The notes: generated from the letters alone by a model not told the origin. DNA of 64,000 nucleotides from Actinomycetes bacterium (GCA_021795215.1 JAJYPS010000002.1:2748-66747), one strand, 5' to 3'. Positions 30,501-39,955 are shown, numbered from the stretch's first letter. A program made the numbers and translations.

Positions 30501-30926
30501 CAGATCGGCCAAGAAGTCACGAAAGCCGGTCTCCTCCTCCACCGCGGTCTCGGCCGGCTCCAGGATCTCGAAGCCCGGAGGGAGCCCCGCCCGAACCGGG
30601 TGCTCGGCGAGGATCCGGCGCGCGAAGCCGTGCAAGGTCGTTATCGGTGCCCCCGGTAGGTCGTCCAGCGCTGCAACGGCCCAATCGGCTCCGTTCGCCG
30701 CCTCCCCCTCGAGGGCCGTCTCGATACGGTCTCTGAGCTCCGCTGCGGCTGCTTCGGTGAACGTGATGGCGGCTATCCCGCCCAGTCCGGAGCGCCCCGT
30801 GGACAGCAAGCCCATCACGCGGGAAACGAGTGCCGACGTCTTTCCCGTTCCGGCTCCCGCTACGACGAACAGAGTCGAGCCGAGGTCACCGGCGATCGAG
30901 TCACGCTGCGCCGAGTCCGTAAGCAA
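27537..30926 (-). CDS. UvrD-type helicase / PD-(D/E)XK nuclease subunit (AddA/AdnB-like)
   Basis: Walker A VVAGAGTGKTSALV, motif II ILIDEFQDTD, and C-terminal nuclease motif FVDLLYEE...VVVDYKTD. Confidence 0.85.
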   Translation of the reverse strand: MLTDSAQRDSIAGDLGSTLFVVAGAGTGKTSALVSRVMGLLSTGRSGLGGIAAITFTEAAAAELRDRIETALEGEAANGADWAVAALDDLPGAPITTLHGFARRILAEHPVRAGLPPGFEILEPAETAVEEETGFRDFLADLSDDPRNSRLMARVVAFGITHNRLRSLADALQGKLRHWGTEGVPPTDLYEPSPVDGSHLAETLDEALGLAGGCAEASDTMSAHLEEMGRWRRRIGAASTEASLLRLLDGAPSFAADRKGRRDAWPGKGLELVRQALRRSEDEKRDILGRAKAETADLLGKHLTTYLCASAARRRQQGRLSFDDLLVLARRTVKSDEPARRSLRRRYRYILIDEFQDTDPFQLEIATALAGGPPGSAVGPADEEVDAGRLFFVGDPNQSIYRFRGADCSTFASARRAPGSTTVALDSNFRTVPPVLDWVNAVFSELLGGRSGDSGGPSYRPLHPVRAGRGRDHHVDVLGGPSDLPAPELRRLEAEDTARTVREMLEEGWPVEGRDGHWRPVGPSDVGVLVPSRVCLPDLLDAFDRAGIRARFGAGQGWATEEVRELLSVMGAIADPSDQVAVVAAARCSMFGCTDPELAEYVRKGGRWDPLAPVPEDLAPDHSVVLAMDALARWHAGRLGTGVAELVSRVCAEGHLFELACHGSSAAEVWQQLRAIEAHARMVDESGGSLRQFVRSAGRLAASGKSPETAACDAGGGEVEVLTMHGAKGLEFPVAVLCGLGSPGSSTLPMVLEDGSGRAEIRLREELQTRGYQALAERERELAQDEAVRLAYVAATRARDHLVVSCWHRPRRATLALALWEASQRHPELWSLRERSERRAVRSGATGEQSVRQFQPLGEPDGLRLPASLRLPLLTTGSREGRPRRRFAAATGLWSMTGADGSRTEDAEGWRATSSEVPRGDERLKGLRSRNDLRSRTGRHSPEATGTAVHAVLEHLDLASDPGGDEVGRLARSVCLASGVPELEGIVSRLARTALESGVVKVAASRRHWKEMPVAADIGGVLLEGFVDLLYEEREGGPLVVVDYKTDDVSRLGPVELERHSERYGLQAGAYALALEMASGRHVSDCVLLYLGSNASTEVRLGRPAESMEHVVSLLSDGPVDRSTEPDER

Positions 30927-30930
30927 CAGG

Positions 30931-33900
30931 TCAGCCCTCTACCAGGGACACGTAGCGTTCCAGCTTCGGGTGGGACCTCTGGTCCTCCCACGAACGATCG
31001 CGGGCAGTAGTGCAGCACCGGTCGTAGTCGCAGTACGTGCAGTTCTCGAACGCACCTCGGCTCCGCTTTCCGGGCCGCACGGGGAACAGCCCGTCGGCGA
31101 TGCTGTCGGTCAGCACGTCGAGCACCTCCAACAGCCGCTTCTTGACATGGTCCGTCACCAAGTAACCGGTCAGTTGGTAGCGCCCCCGGTCGGAGACGAA
31201 CCAGTACCCCGACCAGACGTCCTGCTCCCCGAACCGCTCGCCCATCGCCCATCCGTAGATCGCCAGCTGCAGTCTGCGCCCCGCCACGAGCGGGTCCTCG
31301 TCCAGCGATCCCTGCGTCTCCGCCGGACCTGTCTTGTAGTCCAGCACTGTCAGGCCGCCGCCGCCCATGCGGCGGTCGACCCGGTCCACGTAGCCCCGGA
31401 AGCTCAGGCTCCTCCCGCTCGGCAGGCGCAGCTGCAGGACCGGCTCCTCACCGACCCCGAACGACCGCTCGACGGCCACCGGTACCCACTCCGCCCTGCG
31501 CTCCGAGTCGATTCTCGCTATCTGGACCAGTTGGTCCCTGGCGACGTCCTTCTCCGCTTCCCAGAGCGCCGCCTTTCCGGTCGCTCCCTTCTCCACGTAC
31601 TCTCCGAACACGGACTCGGCGAGCTCGAGGAGTCGTTCGGCCCCCCCCGCCTCGCTTCCGCCCTCTTTGTCCCTGTCTCCTTCGTACCTGTCTTGGTCGA
31701 CGCCGCCGTCCTTGCCACCGTCTACCAGCTCCCCGACGAAGCGGTGCAGGATCTCGTGGATCATCGAACCCCGGTCACGGGCGTTCATGGTCAGCACGTC
31801 CTCGGGAGCGTCGAGCGCCCGGACGTTCAGCACGTGGGACAGCATGAAACGGCGAGGGCAGCTGGCATAGGACTCGAGGCTCGTCGGCGACAGAGGCGAG
31901 GACACGAGGCTGCCTACGAGACCGTCGGCGCCCTCCAGCAGGCCGTCGAACGGCCCCAGCTCGTTCGCCGCCCGAGCCCGCGAACCCTTTACGGCCCGGG
32001 ACCACCACAGCCCCCCGGGGCCGGGGTGGTCCTCCAGCGCGTTCCCGCTCTCGCGCCAAGCCCAGATCGACGCGAGATGCTCGTGCGGTGCAGGGACCGG
32101 TTCTGCGGCCGTCAGCCACTCCGCGAACGATCCTGCAGCGGCCCTCCTCTCGATCCTGCCCGCCTCCAGCCAGGGGGACGGGCCGTCGCCGACCCCGTTC
32201 CCGAGGGTGCCCCGGGAGTACGTGCGGACGGAGACCTTCGTGGCGTCCAGGCAGCATAGGTAGTGGTATCGAGCCCACATGGCGTCGTAGTCGGCACAGC
32301 CAGTGCCTGCCCTGGCCGACCGGAAGGCGGAGAGGCGGGAGAGGAACGGATTGCCCGCCGTGGCGGCAGGCAGCGACGAGCGGGATGCCCCCATGACGAA
32401 CGTGGCGTCGAAGTCCATGCCGAGGAGGCTGTTCCGGGATGCGACCGTGATCCCTTCCCCGAGTGAACCGGTGTGGAGCTGTCTCTGTCGCAGCTCTATG
32501 GCGACCGCATCCGCGAAGCGCCTCGTGCTCGGACCGGGGTCCAGCCCGTCCAGGCGCCCCAGCCTGGCAAGCGCCGCCTCCACCACCTCGGCGGACCTCC
32601 TCTCGCTCTCCGGCCACTCCTCCCTATGCCGCGCGCCGCCGAGCAGCAGCTTCACGAAGGAGCCGACGGTTGCCGAGAGGGTGGCCCATGTCCCTGCCCC
32701 TCGGATGGTCAGCAGGAGAGGCCACATCTCCAAGATCAGTTCTCGGAGTCGAGCAGCGTGGTCCGCCGTAGCCGGGGACCTCCCGGAAAGTTCGCGCACC
32801 AACGCCGAGAGTCGGGAGTCCCACTGCTGCACCCCCGACACGACACCCGCCTGGCGGCTCAGCCTCTCCCACGCTGCGGTAGGCGCACGTCGGTCCCCAC
32901 GGACGACTGGGATGCGGGCGAGGAAGTCGGACACCGAGTCGCGTCTGAGATCTCCGGCCGCCAGCTCCAAGGCGCCGAGCACGCACCGCCCTGCAAACGA
33001 TTCAGCCAGCCTCCGGGGGTTCCGGGAAGCGAATGGTATCCCCGCCGTCCTCAGTCGCTCCGTCACCAGGCGCTCGTAGGGGCCGTTCGGGGGAAGCGCC
33101 ACCGCCATCCGGTGAGCCGCCACGCCGTTCGACAGCTGCTTCGAGATCTGGGCAACGACTTCGCTCACTTCGACGTCAGGGTCCGGCGCCTCGAAGATCG
33201 CCCCGGTCCGTTCGTGGCACGGGTCCGGGGAGGCATCTCCGACCGGCGCAGCTCGATGCGTCCGGATGCCGCCCGACCACTCCCGGCCTCGTCTCCTCGG
33301 CTCCGCGTCGCACACGGCATCCCCGGTCAGGGCGACAAGCAAGGAGCAGCGGGTGCTCCGCGTGAGCGCCGTCACCAGCCGTTCCTGCATGGGTGCCAGT
33401 TCCGCGGGAAGATGGACCACCACCTGCCGGTCGGCCAGAGCCCCCTGCTCCACCGCTTCCGTCGCTGCCCGATAGAGGCCGGACCGCTCGTACAGTCCCT
33501 GTTCCTCGAGCCGGCGGCGCCACTCGTCGAACGCTGCAAGCATTGGCCGGCACGCCGGATCGAACCCGGCCAGCTGCTGCCGTCCGGCGCTCGTCAGGCC
33601 GCCCAGGATCTGCACGGCCCCCATCAGCAGTCGTTGCGTGCGGGGGTTCGACGCCAGCTCGGCATCTCCCCAGGGCAGCACCGGATCCGGGGTGCCACCT
33701 GGGCGGTTCGGGGCCGACCGGACCGGTCCTCCCACGGGCGGGACGTGGGACCTCTCTCCGGGCGAGACGACCGAGCGTAGGACCGCATAGAGGACCGTCG
33801 GGTCCGCCTCGGCCACTCCGCGGGCCGCCAGCACCGGACCAGCGGCAGTAGCCGCCAGCTCGTCCAGGGTGCCGAACCGCACGTTCGCCAGGCCGCCCCG

Positions 33901-34116
33901 GCCACCAGGGCAGCGGCGGGGAAGCTCTCTTCTCAGCCACAGAGCTGCGTAGGCGGACGGGGCGACGACGCTCACCGCCGCGAGCGGATCTTCACCCTGG
34001 GCATTGCGAACCACGTCCGCGAGCGCAACTGTCGCCTCCCGGGCACTGCTCAGCCACAGGACCGTTCCCGTCACCTGGCCGACGTTACCGGAGAGGTGCG
34101 ACAGCCGACGTGGCAC
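30931..34116 (-). CDS. helicase-nuclease partner subunit (AddB/AdnA-like) with PD-(D/E)XK nuclease and Cys cluster
   Basis: Nuclease motif GYVDRVDRR...LTVLDYKTG and the Cys pattern SCPRRF ... NCTYCDYDRCC (AddB-like Fe-S ligands). I see no Walker A in the N-terminal region. An alternative GTG start would remove the 32-nt overlap with the upstream gene. Confidence 0.75.
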   Translation of the reverse strand: MPRRLSHLSGNVGQVTGTVLWLSSAREATVALADVVRNAQGEDPLAAVSVVAPSAYAALWLRRELPRRCPGGRGGLANVRFGTLDELAATAAGPVLAARGVAEADPTVLYAVLRSVVSPGERSHVPPVGGPVRSAPNRPGGTPDPVLPWGDAELASNPRTQRLLMGAVQILGGLTSAGRQQLAGFDPACRPMLAAFDEWRRRLEEQGLYERSGLYRAATEAVEQGALADRQVVVHLPAELAPMQERLVTALTRSTRCSLLVALTGDAVCDAEPRRRGREWSGGIRTHRAAPVGDASPDPCHERTGAIFEAPDPDVEVSEVVAQISKQLSNGVAAHRMAVALPPNGPYERLVTERLRTAGIPFASRNPRRLAESFAGRCVLGALELAAGDLRRDSVSDFLARIPVVRGDRRAPTAAWERLSRQAGVVSGVQQWDSRLSALVRELSGRSPATADHAARLRELILEMWPLLLTIRGAGTWATLSATVGSFVKLLLGGARHREEWPESERRSAEVVEAALARLGRLDGLDPGPSTRRFADAVAIELRQRQLHTGSLGEGITVASRNSLLGMDFDATFVMGASRSSLPAATAGNPFLSRLSAFRSARAGTGCADYDAMWARYHYLCCLDATKVSVRTYSRGTLGNGVGDGPSPWLEAGRIERRAAAGSFAEWLTAAEPVPAPHEHLASIWAWRESGNALEDHPGPGGLWWSRAVKGSRARAANELGPFDGLLEGADGLVGSLVSSPLSPTSLESYASCPRRFMLSHVLNVRALDAPEDVLTMNARDRGSMIHEILHRFVGELVDGGKDGGVDQDRYEGDRDKEGGSEAGGAERLLELAESVFGEYVEKGATGKAALWEAEKDVARDQLVQIARIDSERRAEWVPVAVERSFGVGEEPVLQLRLPSGRSLSFRGYVDRVDRRMGGGGLTVLDYKTGPAETQGSLDEDPLVAGRRLQLAIYGWAMGERFGEQDVWSGYWFVSDRGRYQLTGYLVTDHVKKRLLEVLDVLTDSIADGLFPVRPGKRSRGAFENCTYCDYDRCCTTARDRSWEDQRSHPKLERYVSLVEG

Positions 34117-35458
34117 CGAAGCGGCGGGCCAGCGACACTGCGTGGCGGACGTAGCTACGGGAATGGTTGTAGCTGGCGTAGGCCCGCCGGAGACCGGCCG
34201 GCGACCGCATCCCGGCGGGTCCGGCGGCCCGGCAGAGGTATATGCCCGCCGCCATCGCCGCCGAGTAGACGTTGTTCGGGTCGTTCGGCATGCCAGTGGG
34301 CAGAGAAGGCGCGACCGACAGCCATGTGGTGGGCAGGAGCTGCATCGGCCCGACCGCCCTTTCGTACGGACCGCCCCCGTCGAACAGTGGAACCGGCGGA
34401 GACACCAAGGCCGCCGTGCCGTGCCTGCCGTTCAGCGCCGGTCCGAGGATGGGAGGGTACGTGTCGCCGTTCGAGGCCAGCCGGGTTCCGTTCCACCGTG
34501 CCTGACCCGATTCGATCTGGCCGATCGCCGCGAGATCGGCCCAGCTCAGCTGGCAGCTCGGGTCGCTGGAAGCGAGGTAGTGCTGCGCGTCGAGGTACGC
34601 GTTCTGCACCACCTGCGGGATACCCGTCGATGGGACCGGAGCGGCGAGCAGCAGCAGGCGCAGCCTGGCTTTGGCCGCGTCCAGCCGCACGCCGTACTTC
34701 CGGGCCTCTCCGGCGCTGGCAGCGGCCTGCCGCTCGTCGGCGACGACTGCCGAGCGAAGCTGCGGGATCACCGCCCGGATGCGGGACAGCCCGGCCCGGT
34801 ACGTGCCGATCAGGCCTTGCTGCACCGCCCACGCCCGCTCCGCCCGGCGGAGGGCCGCCCGGAGACCGAACATGGCGTCCTCCGTGGTCGCCTGGACGTC
34901 CGCCGCCGATCGTCCGGGAGGGGGCTCCGGTGTCGGCACCCCGCCGACCGGCCCCGGGCTCGTCATCCGGGCGTGCCGGGCACTGCCGGTCCCAGCGACC
35001 GTCCCGCCGTCGGCAGCCACCACGCCGACGGCGGGCTGCAGAGGACCCGCCTGTTGCTGGGAACCCCACGAGACGTAGGCCAGCACTGCGGTCGAAGCAG
35101 CCTTCGACCTGGCGGCCCGAGCTGCGGAGCTGGCTTCGGCCAGTCCGATCACAGTGCTCGTCAGCTCGCTGTCGAGTAGCTGAAGGCGAGCGCTGCCGTC
35201 GACCGCCGCGGACAGGGCCGCCGTGGAGGAGCTGTTGGCCCGTTGGACCGCCGCAGACAGCGCCGAGACCTCCGCGCGGGCCCGGGGCAGCAGTCTCCCG
35301 GGATTGCTGGGAGCCCACTGCACGGCAGTCGGGAAGGGGGGAGGAGCGGTCGGGGGTGGGCTGGACGCCGAAGCTGGTGCGACCGGACCGATCAGGGCCG
35401 ATGCGACGAGGATGGGAGCAAGCTTGCCGCGCAGGCGCACACTTTGGATGATCGGCAC
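34085..35458 (-). CDS. secreted lytic transglycosylase-domain protein
   Basis: Signal peptide LAPILVASALIGPVAPASA and a helical N-terminal region. The SLT-like core is AAIGQIESGQARW ... GPMQLLPTTW ... YSAAMAAGIYLC. Confidence 0.7.
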   Translation of the reverse strand: MPIIQSVRLRGKLAPILVASALIGPVAPASASSPPPTAPPPFPTAVQWAPSNPGRLLPRARAEVSALSAAVQRANSSSTAALSAAVDGSARLQLLDSELTSTVIGLAEASSAARAARSKAASTAVLAYVSWGSQQQAGPLQPAVGVVAADGGTVAGTGSARHARMTSPGPVGGVPTPEPPPGRSAADVQATTEDAMFGLRAALRRAERAWAVQQGLIGTYRAGLSRIRAVIPQLRSAVVADERQAAASAGEARKYGVRLDAAKARLRLLLLAAPVPSTGIPQVVQNAYLDAQHYLASSDPSCQLSWADLAAIGQIESGQARWNGTRLASNGDTYPPILGPALNGRHGTAALVSPPVPLFDGGGPYERAVGPMQLLPTTWLSVAPSLPTGMPNDPNNVYSAAMAAGIYLCRAAGPAGMRSPAGLRRAYASYNHSRSYVRHAVSLARRFGATSAVAPLR

Positions 35459-35473
35459 GAAACGCTGCTCTCT

Positions 35474-35525
35474 CCAGTCTGCGTCAAGAGCCGCTCACCC
35501 CAGTCTGCGACAAGAGCCGCTCACC
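35474..35525. repeat. 26-bp tandem duplication (2 copies plus a partial third)
   Basis: ccagtctgcgtcaagagccgctcacc and ccagtctgcgacaagagccgctcacc, followed by ccgcccgctcacc. It lies 16 bp upstream of the transglycosylase start. Confidence 0.9.
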
Positions 35526-35553
35526 CCGCCCGCTCACCTCGCCGTCCCGCCGC

Positions 35554-35820
35554 CTACGCTCCTCGTTCCAGGGACTGGCGGCTCAGCCGGCTCACCTCCC
35601 GAACCGAAGGGTTCACCAACACCGTGTCGCCTATGGCCACAGTCGGCACCGTCTGGCTGCCGCCGTTCGTCCTTCGCACGAAGGCGTCAGCCTCGGCGTC
35701 CTCCCAGACGTTGTGCCAGGTGGCTCGGATGCGTCGCCTTTCCAGCCCCATTCTCAGCATCCTGCAGTAGACGCAGCCCGGCCTCCAGTAGACGTCTATC
35801 CCGTTGGAGATGTCGCTCAC
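35554..35820 (-). CDS. mycoredoxin / glutaredoxin-like protein
   Basis: A GTG start at 35820 gives an 88-aa protein. It has IDVYWRPGCVYCRML (CxxC) and NGGSQTVPTVAIGD, co-linear with mycobacterial mycoredoxin as I remember it. Confidence 0.8.
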   Translation of the reverse strand: MSDISNGIDVYWRPGCVYCRMLRMGLERRRIRATWHNVWEDAEADAFVRRTNGGSQTVPTVAIGDTVLVNPSVREVSRLSRQSLERGA

Positions 35821-36047
35821 GGTTCGGACAACGACGCAGGGAGCCGTCGCATTCCCTCCTGCACGGAGGAGGCGGAACGGTCCGTGCTCGAGCTGCACGC
35901 CGTGCTCGGCAAGGTGACGTCCCGGAACCCCGTGGCGGCAAGGTGGCCGTCGCGGTGACCCTGGCCCAGGCGGCATGTCCACATAGGGTTCCTCCTGGTG
36001 GACCAGGGATCATTCCGGCTCCGATCGCTCTCGCTTAGGGTGACGTC

Positions 36048-37796
36048 GTGACCGAGCTGTCCCGTTCCCCGTCCGACCAGCGCACGGCAGGTCACCGGTC
36101 GGTTCGCCTGCGTAGGTGGCAGAAGACGGCTCTGGACCGATGGTCGTCCGCCTCCGAACCGGACTTCCTGGCAGTTGCGACACCGGGAGCCGGCAAGACG
36201 ACCTTCGCCCTTGCCGCCGTACGCCGAGAGCTGAGCGCCGGTGCCGGGAGGGTGGTGATCGTGGTTCCGACGGCCCACCTGAAACGTCAGTGGGCCCGCG
36301 CTGCCAGCAGGTTCGGGGTTCACCTGGACCCGGCCTGGTCTGCAGCGGCCGGCGACCTGCCTGCCGACATGCACGGAATCGTGACGACCTACCAACAGGT
36401 CGCTTCAAGCGCGAAGGCGGTCGCCGCCGTCCTTTCGGGAAGGCGGTCGTCGGGCGGCGTAGCGGTGTTGGACGAGGTTCACCATGCCGCCGACGAGCGG
36501 GCGTGGGGCGACTCGATCCGTGTCGCTTTCGGGGGTGCCAGGCGCAGGATCCTGCTCTCGGGGACGCCTTTCCGCTCCGACGTCCAAGCCATTCCGTTCG
36601 TCCGGTACGAGATGGAGGAGGCGGTCGCCGACTTCGAGTACGGCTACGGGGAGGCTCTGGAGCAGGGCGGCGTCGTGAGACCGATCTACTTCCCGAGAGT
36701 CGACGGGGAGATGGAGTGGACCGCTCCCGACGGCGCAACCTACAAGGCCGGGTTCGGGGACGCACTGGACGAGGTGAGGTCCAATCAACGTCTGCGGACG
36801 GCACTCTCGCTGGACGGTGACTGGCTGCCTTCGGTATTGGCCGCCGCTCATCGGAAGCTGACCCAGCTGCGGCGGGACCAGCCGGACGCCGGCGGCCTGG
36901 TCATAGCCGTCGACCAGGAGCATGCACAGGCTGTTGCCCGTCGGATGAGGGCCGATCTCGGGGTGAGCCCGGTGGTCGCAACCTCTGACGACCCTCTCGC
37001 GTCGGTGCGGATCGAGCGCTTTGCCGGATCGGACGAGCCGTGGCTGATCGCTGTGCGGATGGTGTCCGAGGGGGTGGACATTCCCCGGCTGAGGGTGGGG
37101 GTGTTCGCCACGACCACGACCACCGAGCTGTTCTTCCGCCAGGCGGTGGGTCGGTTCGTTCGATGGTCGCCGGGCCACTCCCGCCAGCCGTCGTACATGT
37201 TCATACCGGAGGACCCTCGCCTGGTGCAGAGAGCAGCGCAGATAGCGCAGCAGAGGCGGCACGTCCTGTGGCGGCGGCCGGTCAACGAGCAGCCCGCCGA
37301 AGTGCCTCACGACATGGAGGCCGGCCCCGAGGCGGCGGAGGTCCAACCGTCGCTCTTCTCGGTCATCTCCGCGGTGGCGACCGAGCACCTGTCGCCCGAC
37401 GAGGTGTCGCCGACGGGACCGGGTGTGCCCGCGGACCAGGATCGAACCTACCGAGGGGGCCACGAAGGGGAAGACGACGATCCTTCCCTGGTCGTGGAGC
37501 TGTCGCCGTTGCCGCTCGGCGGCTCCCTCCCGGCTCGGTCCCCGGCCGGAGCGTCCCTCCTGGCGCCGGACGGGAGGGGCGACCCCGGCGAGCCGCCCCG
37601 GAGTGAGCACAAGCAGCTCCTGCGCCGCGAGAACAACCGTCTGGCGAGGGCGCTTGCCCGGCGAACGGGTTGGTCCCATCCCAAAGTGAACGCCGAGCTC
37701 AATCGATTGGCGGGCCTCGACAACGTGACGGCGGCCACCGTGGGGCAGCTCGAGCGGAGGCTGGACCACGCCCGGCGTTGGCTGGCCCGCACTTGA
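36048..37796 (+). CDS. DEAD/DEAH (DEVH)-box superfamily-2 helicase
   Basis: Walker A ATPGAGKTTFAL, DEVH box VLDEVHHAA, motif III LLSGTPFR, and motif VI-like MVSEGVDIPRL. Confidence 0.85.
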   Translation: MTELSRSPSDQRTAGHRSVRLRRWQKTALDRWSSASEPDFLAVATPGAGKTTFALAAVRRELSAGAGRVVIVVPTAHLKRQWARAASRFGVHLDPAWSAAAGDLPADMHGIVTTYQQVASSAKAVAAVLSGRRSSGGVAVLDEVHHAADERAWGDSIRVAFGGARRRILLSGTPFRSDVQAIPFVRYEMEEAVADFEYGYGEALEQGGVVRPIYFPRVDGEMEWTAPDGATYKAGFGDALDEVRSNQRLRTALSLDGDWLPSVLAAAHRKLTQLRRDQPDAGGLVIAVDQEHAQAVARRMRADLGVSPVVATSDDPLASVRIERFAGSDEPWLIAVRMVSEGVDIPRLRVGVFATTTTTELFFRQAVGRFVRWSPGHSRQPSYMFIPEDPRLVQRAAQIAQQRRHVLWRRPVNEQPAEVPHDMEAGPEAAEVQPSLFSVISAVATEHLSPDEVSPTGPGVPADQDRTYRGGHEGEDDDPSLVVELSPLPLGGSLPARSPAGASLLAPDGRGDPGEPPRSEHKQLLRRENNRLARALARRTGWSHPKVNAELNRLAGLDNVTAATVGQLERRLDHARRWLART

Positions 37797-37816
37797 GCAG
37801 GAGAGCACTCTCAGGC

Positions 37817-39865
37817 GTGAGCCATGCGGCGCGAGGCGCAGGAGCTTCCCTCGGAGAGTGGCTGAGCGACGCGAGCTATATCCAGAGGTGGTTGGTCCTC
37901 GGGACCGCCCTTGGCGCCATCGCCGGTCTCGGCGCGGTCGTGTTCTATTCGGCGCTGGCGCTGGCGACTCATCTCTTGCTGGGCTCGCTAGGGGGGTACC
38001 AGCCGCCGTCACCCGCTGGCGAGGGCGGCATCGCTGGCTCTGCCGGATTCGCCAGACCTTGGGCCATTCCGCTGGTCACCACCCTTGGAGGCCTGGTGTC
38101 GGGGTCGCTTGTGTCCCTCTTGGCACCCGAAGCGGAGGGCCACGGCACCGATGCCGCGATCGATGCGGTCAACAGCAATCCGCGGGGGATCAGGATGCGC
38201 ACCGTACTGGTCAAGATCGCCGCTTCGGCGGTCACCATAGGATCGGGCGGTTCAGGGGGACGTGAGGGGCCGACCGCGCAGATCTCCGCCGGATTCGGCT
38301 CGTTCCTGGCTCGCTTCCTCGATCTCGGTCCCGAAGACGGAAGGATCGCCGTCTCGGTCGGCATCGGGTCCGGGATAGGCGCGATCTTCGGAGCACCGCT
38401 CGGGGGAGCGGTGCTTGCCGCCGACATCATCTACCGCGACGACTTCGAGGTGGCAGCCCTCATACCTGGCTTGGTCGCCTCGATCGTGGCCTACACCACA
38501 TTCGGTCTGTTCGAGAACTTCAATCCGCTGTTCGGTTACGTCGACCGGTCCTACCAGTTCAGCGATCCGCTTCGGTTGGTCTGGTACGCAGCGATAGGCG
38601 GCTTGGCCGGGCTGGTCGGACTCGCCTACGCCAAAGGTTTCTACGGGATGGTCGACCTGTTCGGGCGGATACCGCTTCCAAAGTTCGTCAAGCCGGCACT
38701 CGGCGGGCTGATGGTCGGCCTGATCGCTCTGGAAGTGCCCGAGGTGTTGGGGACGGGATATGGGTGGGTGCAGAGAGCACTGGGTGCTCAGCTCGGTTCC
38801 ATCCCCATTTGGGTGGTGCTCCTCCTGCCCTTCCTTCGGATCGTGGCGACCTCGCTCTCCATCGGTTCGGGCGGGTCCGGAGGGATCTTCGGACCGGGAA
38901 TGGTGATCGGTGCCTTCACCGGTGCCGCCGTGTGGCGGCTTCTCCACCCGATTGCTCCGGCGGTGCCGCACAACCCGGCACCCTTCGTGGTCGCCGGGAT
39001 GATGGCCTGCTTCGGCGCCATCGCGCGAGCACCTCTTGCAGTCATGATCATGGTGGCAGAGATGACGGGATCGCTCGCACTGCTCGCCCCGGCGATGATC
39101 GCTGTAGGAATCGCCTATCTGATCGTTCGCCGGAACGACGACACGATCTACCGGAGCCAGCTGAAGACAAAGGCGGAGTCCCCAGCATCGAGGCTCCAGT
39201 TCGGGTTGCCTCTGCTGTCGGGGATCAAGGTCGAGGAAGCTCTGGCCACCGCAAGGGTGGTGCTGCAGGAGAGCGACGAGTTGGAAGAGGCGGTCGAACG
39301 GCTGATGGCCGCCGATGTGCCGGGTGCCCCGGTCGTCGATCGTTCTGGCCGGTTCATGGGCACGGTCGGCACCCGGGAGGCGCTCCGCGGTTACGAGGAG
39401 CGGCCCGATTCCCGAGTGGGGAGGCTCGTCGACGCGACCGCCCCGAGCGTGAACGTGCGCACCACTCTCGATCGGGCTCTGGAGGCTCTGACCACGGCGG
39501 GTGGCTGGGTCACCGTGATCGACGGGAAGAGGCATGTGAAGGGGGTCGTTGCCACCACCGACCTGGTCCGGGGCTACCACGCTGCTCTCGGGGCCAATGC
39601 CGGCCGGCTGTCTCAGGTGTCGGCAGACGCCGTCGCGATCGAGGAGAGGGTCGTGGAGCAGTCGCCTCTTGCCGGCCATTCGCTGCGCGAGTCGCTGCTG
39701 CCCGAGGGTGCGCTGGTGATTTCGGTTCAGAGGGGATCTCAGATGCTCCTCGGGGTGGGAGACACCTGTTTGCAACCGGGTGACGTCGTCACCGTGCTGT
39801 CTCGGCAGGACCGAGCCGGGCAGGTTCGGAGGTTGCTGTCAGCGGTGCCTGGGGTTCAGGGATAG
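37817..39865 (+). CDS. ClC-family chloride channel/antiporter with C-terminal CBS pair and TrkA-C-like domain
   Basis: ClC selectivity motifs GSGGREGP and GGIFGP. The C-terminus holds two CBS-like repeats and LAGHSLRESLLPEGALVISVQRG. A GTG start at 37817 is proposed (in frame with the track ORF, avoiding overlap with the helicase). Confidence 0.8.
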   Translation: MSHAARGAGASLGEWLSDASYIQRWLVLGTALGAIAGLGAVVFYSALALATHLLLGSLGGYQPPSPAGEGGIAGSAGFARPWAIPLVTTLGGLVSGSLVSLLAPEAEGHGTDAAIDAVNSNPRGIRMRTVLVKIAASAVTIGSGGSGGREGPTAQISAGFGSFLARFLDLGPEDGRIAVSVGIGSGIGAIFGAPLGGAVLAADIIYRDDFEVAALIPGLVASIVAYTTFGLFENFNPLFGYVDRSYQFSDPLRLVWYAAIGGLAGLVGLAYAKGFYGMVDLFGRIPLPKFVKPALGGLMVGLIALEVPEVLGTGYGWVQRALGAQLGSIPIWVVLLLPFLRIVATSLSIGSGGSGGIFGPGMVIGAFTGAAVWRLLHPIAPAVPHNPAPFVVAGMMACFGAIARAPLAVMIMVAEMTGSLALLAPAMIAVGIAYLIVRRNDDTIYRSQLKTKAESPASRLQFGLPLLSGIKVEEALATARVVLQESDELEEAVERLMAADVPGAPVVDRSGRFMGTVGTREALRGYEERPDSRVGRLVDATAPSVNVRTTLDRALEALTTAGGWVTVIDGKRHVKGVVATTDLVRGYHAALGANAGRLSQVSADAVAIEERVVEQSPLAGHSLRESLLPEGALVISVQRGSQMLLGVGDTCLQPGDVVTVLSRQDRAGQVRRLLSAVPGVQG

Positions 39866-39955
39866 GACCTGGGTTGGTTGCAGGACCTGCGGTACGCTTC
39901 AGGAAACAGCCCGGCGTGCTCGACAGTGTGCTCCGAGCCTGGTCCGGTCCGGAGG

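Noticed and set aside
30067-32259. Very long alternative-frame or antisense ORFs. Examples are the 730 aa at 30067-32259 (+), 688 aa at 28171-30237 (-), 788 aa at 53231-55597 (+), the upstream 250 codons of the 715-aa ORF 45929-48076, and 635 aa at 21037-22944 (-).
   Set aside because: Their translations are Arg/Pro/Gly/Ala-rich and lack motifs. They overlap genes with clear family signatures on the other frame or strand. This is expected from stop-codon scarcity in high-GC DNA.
35459-35553. Possible c-di-AMP (ydaO-type) riboswitch upstream of the lytic transglycosylase. The pseudo-symmetric tandem repeat contains GGGGUGAGCGG twice on the sense strand.
   Set aside because: The region is only about 95 nt and lacks the conserved ydaO segments I remember (GGGGACCCA, ACAGCUAACC...). 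The symmetry is explained by a simple 26-bp DNA duplication.
35821-36047. SOS (LexA, TCGAAC-N4-GTTCGA) box or RecA-independent damage-promoter motifs, looked for upstream of the DEVH helicase, the mycoredoxin gene and the helicase-nuclease operon.
   Set aside because: No acceptable match was found by eye. There is only an unrelated CCTCCT-N6-AGGAGG hairpin at about 35853-35870.
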